In this document: piece after piece, positions 9,105 to 17,558 of the stretch | Layout of the letters: each line of letters begins with the position of its first letter | Numbering within the stretch: the stretch's first letter is position 1 | Assembly (NCBI GenBank): GCA_041483895.1 | Contig: JBGPGO010000016.1 | Location: forward strand, 14,952-78,951 | From: Fimbriimonadia bacterium | GTDB taxonomy: Bacteria > Armatimonadota > Fimbriimonadia > Fimbriimonadales > JABRVX01 | DNA: 64,000 nucleotides | Direction of reading: 5' to 3' | The notes under the pieces: generated by a model | Told to the model about the DNA's origin: nothing | The model's input: the letters and a program-made list of their open reading frames with translations, nothing else | Databases searched by the model: none | Program-made: the position numbers and the translations under genes

Positions 9105-10895
9105 TCATCCGCCCGCGTTGGGTGTTTTGCCTGTGTCTTTCGCATCTACCCTCTTGAACTGGCTGAACGGAAAGCTGTCTTGATATATTTGGCCGTCCGG
9201 CAGGACGAAGTCGAACTCATAGTAGTCTTGAGTTCGTTCGACAATGAAGTCGGTGGACTTGGGGTCTTGCTCCTTGAACATCTGCTTTGCCTCGGCCAGA
9301 TCCTCGACGAAATTCATCGGAACTCCATCCATCATAAAGCAATATCCATGACTGGGTGTGTTCGTGACGTGAATCCTCTCAATCGTGGCAAACGGATCGG
9401 GGATCAGCATCTGCCCCAGCGCGGCCTGCATGGCCGTCTGCTGCGATCGTGAAAGATGGTCAACCGGCAGCCCTTGCTCGGAAATGGCTCGTTCCCGTTG
9501 TATCGGATGTAAGAAGCCCCAAAATCTCAAAGTGAAGAAATTCGGCGCCATCATATCGCCCGGAATCTGCATGCCTTGCGGCCAAACGAATTCGTCCGCG
9601 CAAATGACCCGCATTTGCGCCTCGCTGAGAGTCGCACAAAACGACGACCATCCGTCCAGGCCCGCAGGCATTTGTTTCACGAATTTATTCAATGATTTTT
9701 CCGAAATATCTTCCGGTCGATAGAAGAAGTAATTCCGGTCTCGAAAGAAAACGACGTCACCTTCAAGAGAGGTTGAGAACTGCTTGCTGTTGTCCAACAG
9801 CCATTTCGAGAGATCGCTTCCCGGCTCGCTGTATGAGGAAAATGAAATTCGAAAGACCTCTGCCACGTAACCCATTTTGGATTTGGGAGCAAATGACTTT
9901 AGAACCATCCCAAAGTGCATGTGCGACCACGGCTCTGCGTATTCGGCCGCCTCGGTCGACTCGTTCAACTTGTCATTGTGCTCGAAAACTGCCTGTTCTT
10001 CCGCTTCTGACAGAAATCCCGCGGCTTGCGTAACGGCCTTGTCGTTCCAAAGATGCCACGTGGTCGCGGGTGGATTCGCAAATCCTGATCGGCTCCCCAT
10101 ACTGGTTATCAATGTCTGCAATCCGGTTTCAGACCGAAAGGACATAGTAAAGCAGGTGTCGTCAATCGGCTTTGACAGGTCTTCGGCGTCAAATGCATCC
10201 AACATGCTTTTTTGGGGTAGAGGACCGGAATAAAAACCAGACCCCCAATGCGAGAGGCTCATGAGGGCATTGAAGTTTGGCGGCAGCTTGAACGGCCCTT
10301 TCTGTTCACCGGAATGCAAACGGATCTCGCCGCCTTTCCAAAAATCATCCCACTGTTTCGGACTGAACTGCTTCGCAACGTAAGCGGTCAAGTATTCATG
10401 GAGGCCCGGTTCTACTCGGTTGGAACCAGTCGAATTGCGATCAATCAGAGATTCGATAGTTTTTCTTGCATGCTCTCGCATCATCTGCTCATAGTTTTCC
10501 GGAAGGGAGGCTATCTGTTTTTTGAGCCGATTCTGATCGTCTTTTCGGATCTCCGACTCAGCGGCCGCCTTCGCATCCTTCATGCGCTTTGCCTGTTCAG
10601 CCGTCTGATGCAACCGGTAGGTCCATTTGGGCTCTTCGCCTTCCTTGACCCACGAAAGGTCGAGCGCCTTTGCGATGGCCTTTAGCGCGGCGTCTAGAGT
10701 TTGACCTTTCAAAAACACGGCCAATTTGAGATCGGCGACGGCTGGATCGACGCGCAAGGTGATGCCCGCCTGTTTGGAAAGCTGCTGTGCTACCACGCCG
10801 ACGGGCATCAGCTCGGTGCTGAGCTGCACGGGAGTTTGGAGTCGCTGATCAGACGCCCCCAAAATGAACCACACCAAAAGTAAGACCTGATGCAT
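9105..10895 (-). CDS. Hypothetical exported protein
   Basis: 596-aa ORF, GGAGG upstream, hydrophobic N-terminus followed by a segment resembling secretin/TonB N-terminal (STN-like) domains. Confidence 0.7.
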   Translation of the reverse strand: MHQVLLLVWFILGASDQRLQTPVQLSTELMPVGVVAQQLSKQAGITLRVDPAVADLKLAVFLKGQTLDAALKAIAKALDLSWVKEGEEPKWTYRLHQTAEQAKRMKDAKAAAESEIRKDDQNRLKKQIASLPENYEQMMREHARKTIESLIDRNSTGSNRVEPGLHEYLTAYVAKQFSPKQWDDFWKGGEIRLHSGEQKGPFKLPPNFNALMSLSHWGSGFYSGPLPQKSMLDAFDAEDLSKPIDDTCFTMSFRSETGLQTLITSMGSRSGFANPPATTWHLWNDKAVTQAAGFLSEAEEQAVFEHNDKLNESTEAAEYAEPWSHMHFGMVLKSFAPKSKMGYVAEVFRISFSSYSEPGSDLSKWLLDNSKQFSTSLEGDVVFFRDRNYFFYRPEDISEKSLNKFVKQMPAGLDGWSSFCATLSEAQMRVICADEFVWPQGMQIPGDMMAPNFFTLRFWGFLHPIQRERAISEQGLPVDHLSRSQQTAMQAALGQMLIPDPFATIERIHVTNTPSHGYCFMMDGVPMNFVEDLAEAKQMFKEQDPKSTDFIVERTQDYYEFDFVLPDGQIYQDSFPFSQFKRVDAKDTGKTPNAGG

Positions 10896-11099
10896 TGTCT
10901 AGCCTCCTCGACAAGTATGACACTCAATCCGCATAGGGGCGATCATTCTATCCCTAGACAGGCGGATGCCTAATGACTGGAACTGTTGAGGGCCTCTAGT
11001 ACGACCTCAGTTGTCGGGCCAGTAAGGGCATTAGAACAGAGGGCCTGTTGGGGAATGCGGCAGTAGCAAACCATACGACCGCTGATAGGAATCGTAGCT

Positions 11100-11693
11100 T
11101 CACAGCTGATCTAGTCCACAAGCCCGCCTCAGCAAAATAAAATGTTCAATCGGCTCGTATCTAGAATGGCCGATTACATACCAAGTAAATGGCGGAAATA
11201 CTAGCTTTCCATGCGCGTCTATCCAGAATGGGTCGAAGGTATGAGAGCTCAAACTCTCTTCCCTCAAAAAAATGAATTCGTTAGGAATAACCAACCCATG
11301 ACAGCGAGCGCATCCCAAGAAAAGGTATTCGTTCATGAGGTATAATTTAAACCTTCGGTAACGCGAATAATCTGCTGACAAGAACTTCAACATGGCAACA
11401 AAAATCTCAGACATGTTGTAACCCTTAATCGCTTGAAAGGTAGAAATTATTTCCTCGATTTGCTGTTCGGTTTCGGCAATTACTGGACACTTGGATAGTA
11501 ACGCGACAATCTCCTGGACGTGGCGCTTGGAATCTGGATTATCATTTTCATAATCTGCATTCACACCGTTGATCATGCTCAATTTCGAGACATGGTTATG
11601 TTGCACCATATGGGATTGCATAGATGCATTGATATGTGGCTCCGAACCTTGACCAATGATTATTAAACTGCCGATTAATAGCAATATCTGCAT
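11100..11693 (-). CDS. Hypothetical protein, low GC
   Basis: 197-aa ORF with GAGG upstream and a short hydrophobic N-terminus; AT-rich relative to flanks. Confidence 0.6.
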   Translation of the reverse strand: MQILLLIGSLIIIGQGSEPHINASMQSHMVQHNHVSKLSMINGVNADYENDNPDSKRHVQEIVALLSKCPVIAETEQQIEEIISTFQAIKGYNMSEIFVAMLKFLSADYSRYRRFKLYLMNEYLFLGCARCHGLVIPNEFIFLREESLSSHTFDPFWIDAHGKLVFPPFTWYVIGHSRYEPIEHFILLRRACGLDQL

Positions 11694-11727
11694 CGGAACC
11701 TCAATTCGTTAGGGAGCTTTCAACTTC

Positions 11728-11949
11728 CTAGGCGCCGACTTTGTAGATGGCCGGCCGGTAGGTGGGTAGGAGCAAGGGGATACCTGCCTGTTTCGCCGCC
11801 GCAATCCAGAGAGTCTTGGCCTGTAGGACCTCCCGGACCGCTTCCTCCGGAGTAGCGCCAAAGGCTGAGCAATGCTTCAGGTCCGGGACATCCGCGATAT
11901 AGCCGCCGTCCTCTTCGCTATAGAATACGTTGATGTGATGGGCTTTCAA
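11728..11949 (-). CDS. hicB: HicB-family antitoxin (short form)
   Basis: YSEEDGGYIADVPDLKHCSAFGATPEEAVRE matches the HicB pattern. Confidence 0.85.
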   Translation of the reverse strand: MKAHHINVFYSEEDGGYIADVPDLKHCSAFGATPEEAVREVLQAKTLWIAAAKQAGIPLLLPTYRPAIYKVGA

Positions 11950-12083
11950 TTATTCTGGACTGATAATTCAAGCTTCCAATTGTCGTCTTCAACACATCGT
12001 ACCCCGGTCTTGGTCATCGGCGGGCAAGGGAGGGTACTCGGGGTCCAGGTAGAATCCCCCGTACCGGTGGAGGAGTACGATTG

Positions 12084-12455
12084 ATGAACCTGATTTGGCG
12101 GTGGTTGGTGACTTCGCTCAGCCTCTATCTGACATGCCTGGCGGGGCACACGCTCAAGTTGGGGTTGGGCATTGACGAGAAGGACCCGTGGCGCATCCTG
12201 CTGGCGGGCGCGGCGATCGGGCTGGTCAACTCGTTCATCATCCCGGTCTTCCGCCTTCTCACCCTGCCCATGCACTGTCTCACCCTCGGCCTATCCACCG
12301 CCATTGTCAACATCATCCTGTTCTACGTGGTCGGCAACATGAACATGGGAATGCGCGTTGATACGTTTTGGGGGGCGGCTTTTGGGGTGATCGTGGTGTC
12401 GCTCATCAGCTCCGTTCTCAGCTTCATGCTCCCCGGCAAGGAGAAAAAAGATTAG
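12084..12455 (+). CDS. YvlD-like 4-TM membrane protein (phage holin family annotation)
   Basis: GLVNSFIIPVFRLLTLPMHCLTLGL motif; GGAGGAG upstream; lies before yvcK as in Bacillota. Confidence 0.85.
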   Translation: MNLIWRWLVTSLSLYLTCLAGHTLKLGLGIDEKDPWRILLAGAAIGLVNSFIIPVFRLLTLPMHCLTLGLSTAIVNIILFYVVGNMNMGMRVDTFWGAAFGVIVVSLISSVLSFMLPGKEKKD

Positions 12456-12478
12456 GGCCAACTACACGCGGGTCTTAG

Positions 12479-13834
12479 TTGTCGGCGGGCGAAACGCTAT
12501 CGGCGATCCGTCCCGCGTCTACGGACTGGCGCCCCCCGGCAAGGAGAAAAAGGATTAGCCGACGCCTGTTCCAGATCGTGCTGCTCACCCTGCTGGGGGT
12601 GGCGGCCGTTGCCGCGGCGCTCATCATCGAGTTCACGGTCGCGGTCGGCTCGGCCACCGACTGGCTGACCCAGACGGTCACCGATTTTCTCGCCGGCATC
12701 GTGGCCTCGCCCGACCATCTGCCCATCGCCCGCGCCATCACGTCCGGCCTTTTGGCGGTTGGCGGAATCGGTCTGCTGTACGCCTCCTGGGTGCAGGTGA
12801 TTCGGGGCCTTTCGCGCGTCATCAACCCCAAGATGGAAGGGAAGGAGTTCGACGCCTATTACCGAAAGCGGACGCTGCTCGGCGGCCCCAACATCGTGGT
12901 GGTCGGTGGCGGGACGGGGCTTTCGACATTGCTGCGGGGCCTGAAACAAAGAACTTCCAACATCACTGCCATCGTGACGGTAGCGGACGACGGGGGACAT
13001 TCCGGCGTGCTGCGACGGGAGATGGGGATCATCCCGCCTGGGGACATTCGCAACTGCCTGGTCGCGCTGGCGGATGCCGAACCGAGCATGACCGCGCTAT
13101 TCCAGCACCGATTTGAAGAGAAGGCCGGCGGTTTGGCGGGACACTCCATCGGCAACCTGCTGATCGCCGCGATGACGGAGATCGAGGGGGATTTCGAGCG
13201 CGGGGTGAAGACTCTCTATGAAGTACTTAATATTCGCGGGCGCGTGCTTCCCGCCACCCTCAACCATGTGGTGTTGCGGGCCGAGATGGAGGACGAAACG
13301 ATGATCGAGGGGGAGACGGCGATCGTCGATTCGCCCCTTCGGATACGGAAAATCCATCTTCATCCGCCGGATGCCAGGCCACTCGATGAGGCCATCTGCG
13401 CGATCAAAGAGGCCGACGTCGTCGTCATCGGGCCGGGTAGCGTGTACACGAGCGTCATCCCGAACCTGCTTGTCACTGGAATTGCTGACGCGATCTGCGC
13501 TTCGCCTGCCGGGAAGGTGTATGTGTGCAACGTGATGACCCAGCCGGGAGAGAGCGACGGATTTACCGCCAGCGATCACGTGCGGGCGATCGAGGCGCAT
13601 ACGGGGCGGCGGGTGTTCACCCACGTCATCGTTAATAAGGCGGTGCCCAGCGAGCCGCTCGCCGAGAAGTATCGCGCGTCGGGGCAGGAGCTGGTGTTGC
13701 CCGACAATGATAGACTGAAGGCGATGGGATTGAAACCGATTGTGGGGGATTTTATCAGTGAAAGCGACGTGGTGCGGCACGATCCGGTGCGGCTGGCGGA
13801 CGCGATTTTCCGGCTTGTGGCGGCACGGCGATGA
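12479..13834 (+). CDS. yvcK: YvcK/UPF0052 family UDP-GlcNAc-binding protein with N-terminal TM helices
   Basis: GGGTGLSTLLRGLK, VTVADDGGHSG, PPGDIRNCL, GPGSVYTSVIPNL, NVMTQPGE. Confidence 0.92.
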   Translation: MSAGETLSAIRPASTDWRPPARRKRISRRLFQIVLLTLLGVAAVAAALIIEFTVAVGSATDWLTQTVTDFLAGIVASPDHLPIARAITSGLLAVGGIGLLYASWVQVIRGLSRVINPKMEGKEFDAYYRKRTLLGGPNIVVVGGGTGLSTLLRGLKQRTSNITAIVTVADDGGHSGVLRREMGIIPPGDIRNCLVALADAEPSMTALFQHRFEEKAGGLAGHSIGNLLIAAMTEIEGDFERGVKTLYEVLNIRGRVLPATLNHVVLRAEMEDETMIEGETAIVDSPLRIRKIHLHPPDARPLDEAICAIKEADVVVIGPGSVYTSVIPNLLVTGIADAICASPAGKVYVCNVMTQPGESDGFTASDHVRAIEAHTGRRVFTHVIVNKAVPSEPLAEKYRASGQELVLPDNDRLKAMGLKPIVGDFISESDVVRHDPVRLADAIFRLVAARR

Positions 13835-14436
13835 GTGGGACGCTTGTGGTTCTTTCGGGACCCTCCGGGGTAGGAAAGGACACAGTAATCGAAGCCTGGA
13901 AACGGGTCAATCCGAAGGTGCGGAAGGTGATCACCTGCACGACAAGGGCGCCGAGGGAAGGGGAGGAAAACGGGAAGGACTATTATTTTTTGTCGGAAGC
14001 GGATTTCCAGAAGAGGGTGGATGCCGGGGACCTGTTGGAGCACAAGATGGTCCATGGCAAGAGCTATGGCACGCCGAAGTCCGAGACACTATCACTGCTC
14101 GCCGATGGGTTTGTCGCGGTGCTGAAGATCGATGTTCAGGGCGGGCTGGCGGTCAAGGAGGCGCATCCGGAGGCGCTGCTGCTGTTTCTGGACGCTCCCA
14201 GCCTAAAAGAATTGGAGCGGCGGCTGCGGGAGCGCAACACTGATTCGGAAGAGCAAATCGAAAGCCGATTGGAGACCGCGAAAAAAGAGATCAAGGTGGG
14301 GACGAAGCAGTACGATTATCGCGTGGTCAATGATGCGGTCGAGAACGCGGTGGAGCGGTTGGAACGCATTTTGTGGCTCGCAAAGAGTCTCAGCGAGAGG
14401 GGGTACACGCCTGGACGTGGCGGAGAAGAAGAGTAG
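13831..14436 (+). CDS. gmk: Guanylate kinase
   Basis: SGPSGVGKDT, TTRAPREGE, YGT, IDVQG. Confidence 0.96.
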   Translation: MSGTLVVLSGPSGVGKDTVIEAWKRVNPKVRKVITCTTRAPREGEENGKDYYFLSEADFQKRVDAGDLLEHKMVHGKSYGTPKSETLSLLADGFVAVLKIDVQGGLAVKEAHPEALLLFLDAPSLKELERRLRERNTDSEEQIESRLETAKKEIKVGTKQYDYRVVNDAVENAVERLERILWLAKSLSERGYTPGRGGEEE

Positions 14437-15607
14437 GGTTCTGCTGTGTGTCACCGGCAGCGTCGCGGCGTATCGGGCGGCCGACCTGGCGCGGGAGCTG
14501 ATGCGTTCCGGCGCGTCCGTCCGGGTCTGTTTGACGGAAAGCGCGCGGCGGTTTGTGACGACGGAGCTGTTCACCGCGCTGACCGGTCAGGAGGCATTGT
14601 CCGATCTTTGGCAGGAGCCTTTGGCACACATTCATTTTGCTCGCGAGGCGGATCTGTTTTTGTGCGCCCCGTGCAGCGCCCACACCATCGCGAAATTCGC
14701 CCACGGCCGCGCGAATGATCTGGTGGCGGCGCTGTTCTTGGCGTACCGGGGCCCGGTTCTGGTTGCTCCCGCGATGAACCCGGCGATGTGGGAGCATCCC
14801 GCCGTGCGCGCGAACCTCGCCACCATGCGGTCCTGGGGCATTCGCATTGTGGAGCCGGGGGAAGGAGATGTGGTTGCGGGCGAAACTGGGCTTGGCAAGT
14901 TGGCGCCAATCGAACAGATTGTCTCGGAAGCTCTTGCAATGCTGCGAACGGGCCAAAGTCTGGCGGGCAAGCATATCGTGGTGACCGCCGGAGGGACGCG
15001 CGAACCGATAGACCCCGTCCGGTTCATCGGGAATCGGTCGTCGGGGAAGATGGGCTATGCGATTGCCCGCGCAGCGCAACAGATGGGAGCGCGCGTGACG
15101 CTGATTTCCGCCCCAACCGCTCTGGCGCCGCCCTTTGGTGTGACGGTTCTCGGGGTCGAGACAGCGGCGGAGATGGCCGCGGCCTGCGAGGAGGTTTTTC
15201 CGGCTTGCGACGCTTTCATCGGCGTCGCGGCCGTATCGGACTTTCGCGCGAAGGACACCCGCTCTGGAAAGGTCAAGCGCGAAGACGGCCTGGCCCTGCA
15301 GCTCGAACCCACGGAGGACATTCTCGCCTCCCTTGGGGCCAAGAAACAAAAGCAGGTCCTTATTGGATTTGCCGCTGAAACGGGGGAGGTACTCGCCAAC
15401 GCGAAGGCCAAAATGGCGGCGAAGCGATTGGACATGATCGTTGCCAACGATGTGCTGGCTCCTGGCGCTGGATTCGAGGTCGACACCAATCAGGTCACGT
15501 TCCTGTTCTCCGACGGAACCTGCGAAGCATTGCCGGTTCTCTCGAAAGATGAAGTGGCCGCTCGCCTCGTGGAGCGGATCGCAAGTCTTATCCCAGCCAC
15601 AAGCTGA
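14417..15607 (+). CDS. coaBC: Phosphopantothenoylcysteine decarboxylase/ligase
   Basis: TGSVAAY, PAMNPAMW, TAGGTREPIDPVRFIGNRSSGKMG, GFAAET; start placed at GTG 14417. Confidence 0.96.
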   Translation: MAEKKSRVLLCVTGSVAAYRAADLARELMRSGASVRVCLTESARRFVTTELFTALTGQEALSDLWQEPLAHIHFAREADLFLCAPCSAHTIAKFAHGRANDLVAALFLAYRGPVLVAPAMNPAMWEHPAVRANLATMRSWGIRIVEPGEGDVVAGETGLGKLAPIEQIVSEALAMLRTGQSLAGKHIVVTAGGTREPIDPVRFIGNRSSGKMGYAIARAAQQMGARVTLISAPTALAPPFGVTVLGVETAAEMAAACEEVFPACDAFIGVAAVSDFRAKDTRSGKVKREDGLALQLEPTEDILASLGAKKQKQVLIGFAAETGEVLANAKAKMAAKRLDMIVANDVLAPGAGFEVDTNQVTFLFSDGTCEALPVLSKDEVAARLVERIASLIPATS

Positions 15608-16499
15608 TTGCGGCGTAATCTTGCGCCCGATCGCCAAGTCCACACGGAACAACGTCCACGTCTTCCCAAATCCTCGGCCAACAATGTTCGCGCATCGACT
15701 TTGTAACCGTTGCCAAATATTCATCGCCGGCATGGATTGCGATTGTCCCGAGAATGATCCGCTGAAGGTCCAGCGTCTGCAACAGATTTGCCAGGCCGAT
15801 GCCGAGATAGCGGGCGGCATCCAAAACCACTTCTTTCGCCGTCGGATCTCCCTGCTGGAACATTTCGATTGCCTGTTTGCCGGTCACTTCTCTTCCGAGC
15901 CGATGAGATGCGTTGCGGCCGATGGCAGAGCCGGAAGCCAGCGCTTCCAGACAGCCTCGCTTTCCACACAGGCAGTCGGGTCCGTCAGGCAGGATCGTCG
16001 TGTGACCGACCTCGCCCGCCATTCCTTTCTTTCCGCGATAAAGGCGATCATCCAATATCAGTCCCGCGCCAAGGCCGGTGCCGACGGTCAGAAATGCGAG
16101 CGAATGAAGCCCGCGCCCCGCGCCAAGTTTCCACTCCGCGACCGCCGTGGCATTGGCATCGTTTTCCAGCTTCGCTTCCAGGTACAGCGCCTCTTCCAAA
16201 ATTCTCTTCGCGGGAATTTCGTCCCAGCCGGGAAGATTTGGGGGGGACAGGATTAGGCCCGCCTCGGCATCGAGCGGTCCTCCGCACGAAACACCGACAC
16301 CGACAACATATTGCTTGGAGATTTGGTGCTCTGTCAGGAGCCGCTCACCGATGGCGGCCAGCCGGCGCACAACCGCTTCCGGATTGGGTTCTTCGTCTGT
16401 CCGAAACTCCTCGCGCACGATCAGGTTTCCGTCTTGCGAAATACAAGTCGCGCATTTTGTCCCGCCGATATCGATGCCGATGATGTACGGAATGCTCAC
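15588..16499 (-). CDS. ROK family sugar kinase
   Basis: GIDIGGTK, ENDANA, GTGLGAG, GEVGH, CLCGKRGCLE; start placed at GTG 16499 after GGAG. Confidence 0.92.
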   Translation of the reverse strand: MSIPYIIGIDIGGTKCATCISQDGNLIVREEFRTDEEPNPEAVVRRLAAIGERLLTEHQISKQYVVGVGVSCGGPLDAEAGLILSPPNLPGWDEIPAKRILEEALYLEAKLENDANATAVAEWKLGAGRGLHSLAFLTVGTGLGAGLILDDRLYRGKKGMAGEVGHTTILPDGPDCLCGKRGCLEALASGSAIGRNASHRLGREVTGKQAIEMFQQGDPTAKEVVLDAARYLGIGLANLLQTLDLQRIILGTIAIHAGDEYLATVTKSMREHCWPRIWEDVDVVPCGLGDRAQDYAAISLWLG

Positions 16500-16566
16500 G
16501 ATTTCTTCTCCACAATAATCGGGCCGCGGGTAAAAGTCTACCTTCGCATGCAATACAATAGCACCA

Positions 16567-17493
16567 ATGTCCCGCGTCACAGTCATCCTAACCAGCTACA
16601 ACCACGAGCGCTATCTGCGGCGGGCGATCGAGAGCGTTTTGGCGCAGACGCGAGCGGCCGATGAACTGATCATCGTAGATGATTGCAGTCGTGATGGTTC
16701 GGGAGAGATTGCACGCGAATACGCCGACCGGGCGCGGTTGCTGCTGCTGGAGCAGAATGTGGGGACCTATGCCGCGCTCAATCGCGCCATCGAAGCGGCG
16801 ACTGGGGAATGGATTGCGATCCTGAATTCCGACGACTTCTGGATGCCGCGAAAATTGGAAGCACAGGTTTCGGGACTGGACTGCGACTTCAGCTTCTCGA
16901 ACGGGCATTTTGTGGACGACAATGATAGCCCTTGCGAATATCAGGCCTTTGGCAAGAAGCTGAGCGGTGTGTTCACAGATCCGCCTCCGGCCGGGGTCTC
17001 CTGCCGAATGATAGATCGCCTGATCTACCACAACTATTGCTTCCCCAGCTCTGTACTCCTTAAGAGGTCGCTGTGGGAAGCGGCAGGGAAGTTTCAGGAG
17101 AATTTGATATGTTTGGGAGATTGGGACCTGTTCTTGCGAATGGCGAGGCTCACCAAATTTTGCTATGAGGACAGCGACTTGGTAGGCTATCGCGTGCACG
17201 ACCGGCAGACAAGCCGAAACATCGATCAGATGAACATGGAGGAGGTTGATATTCGCGAGCGATTGATCCTTGGGCACGAGGAAGAATATCTGGCGACGGC
17301 GGACAACCCTGCGTCGATGCGAAAAGCGCTGGCACATTCCGCCGCGGCACTCGGCACGCAATACCACATGCAGGGCAGGGCAGGGGACGCCCGGCGCATG
17401 TATCTTCATTCCCTCGCCCGCAACCCGATGCGATGGAAGAGTTTGCTGCGCTTCTTTCTTGCGTGCGCCAAATCAAGAATCTCCTCCCCGTAA
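16567..17493 (+). CDS. Glycosyltransferase family 2
   Basis: SYNHERY, VDDCSRD, LNSDD, DWDL. Confidence 0.9.
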   Translation: MSRVTVILTSYNHERYLRRAIESVLAQTRAADELIIVDDCSRDGSGEIAREYADRARLLLLEQNVGTYAALNRAIEAATGEWIAILNSDDFWMPRKLEAQVSGLDCDFSFSNGHFVDDNDSPCEYQAFGKKLSGVFTDPPPAGVSCRMIDRLIYHNYCFPSSVLLKRSLWEAAGKFQENLICLGDWDLFLRMARLTKFCYEDSDLVGYRVHDRQTSRNIDQMNMEEVDIRERLILGHEEEYLATADNPASMRKALAHSAAALGTQYHMQGRAGDARRMYLHSLARNPMRWKSLLRFFLACAKSRISSP

Positions 17494-17549
17494 CGCTGCC
17501 TTCCAGGCGGCATTCAACCTTGCCAGAGCGCTGCCTTCCAGCCGGCATT
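17490..17549 (+). repeat. GTAA-tagged REP-like repeat family C, two direct copies
   Basis: GTAACGCTGCCTTCCAGGCGGCAT at 17490-17513 and GCGCTGCCTTCCAGCCGGCAT just downstream. Confidence 0.75.
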
Positions 17550-17558
17550 GGCTCGGAG

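Noticed and set aside
10965..11040. Integron attC-like hairpin (GCCTAAT...ATTAGA)
   Set aside because: The conserved AAC/GTT cores are absent, there is one copy only and no integrase.
12084..12455. Prophage, based on the holin-family label
   Set aside because: This is the housekeeping YvlD-like gene next to yvcK and no phage genes are nearby.
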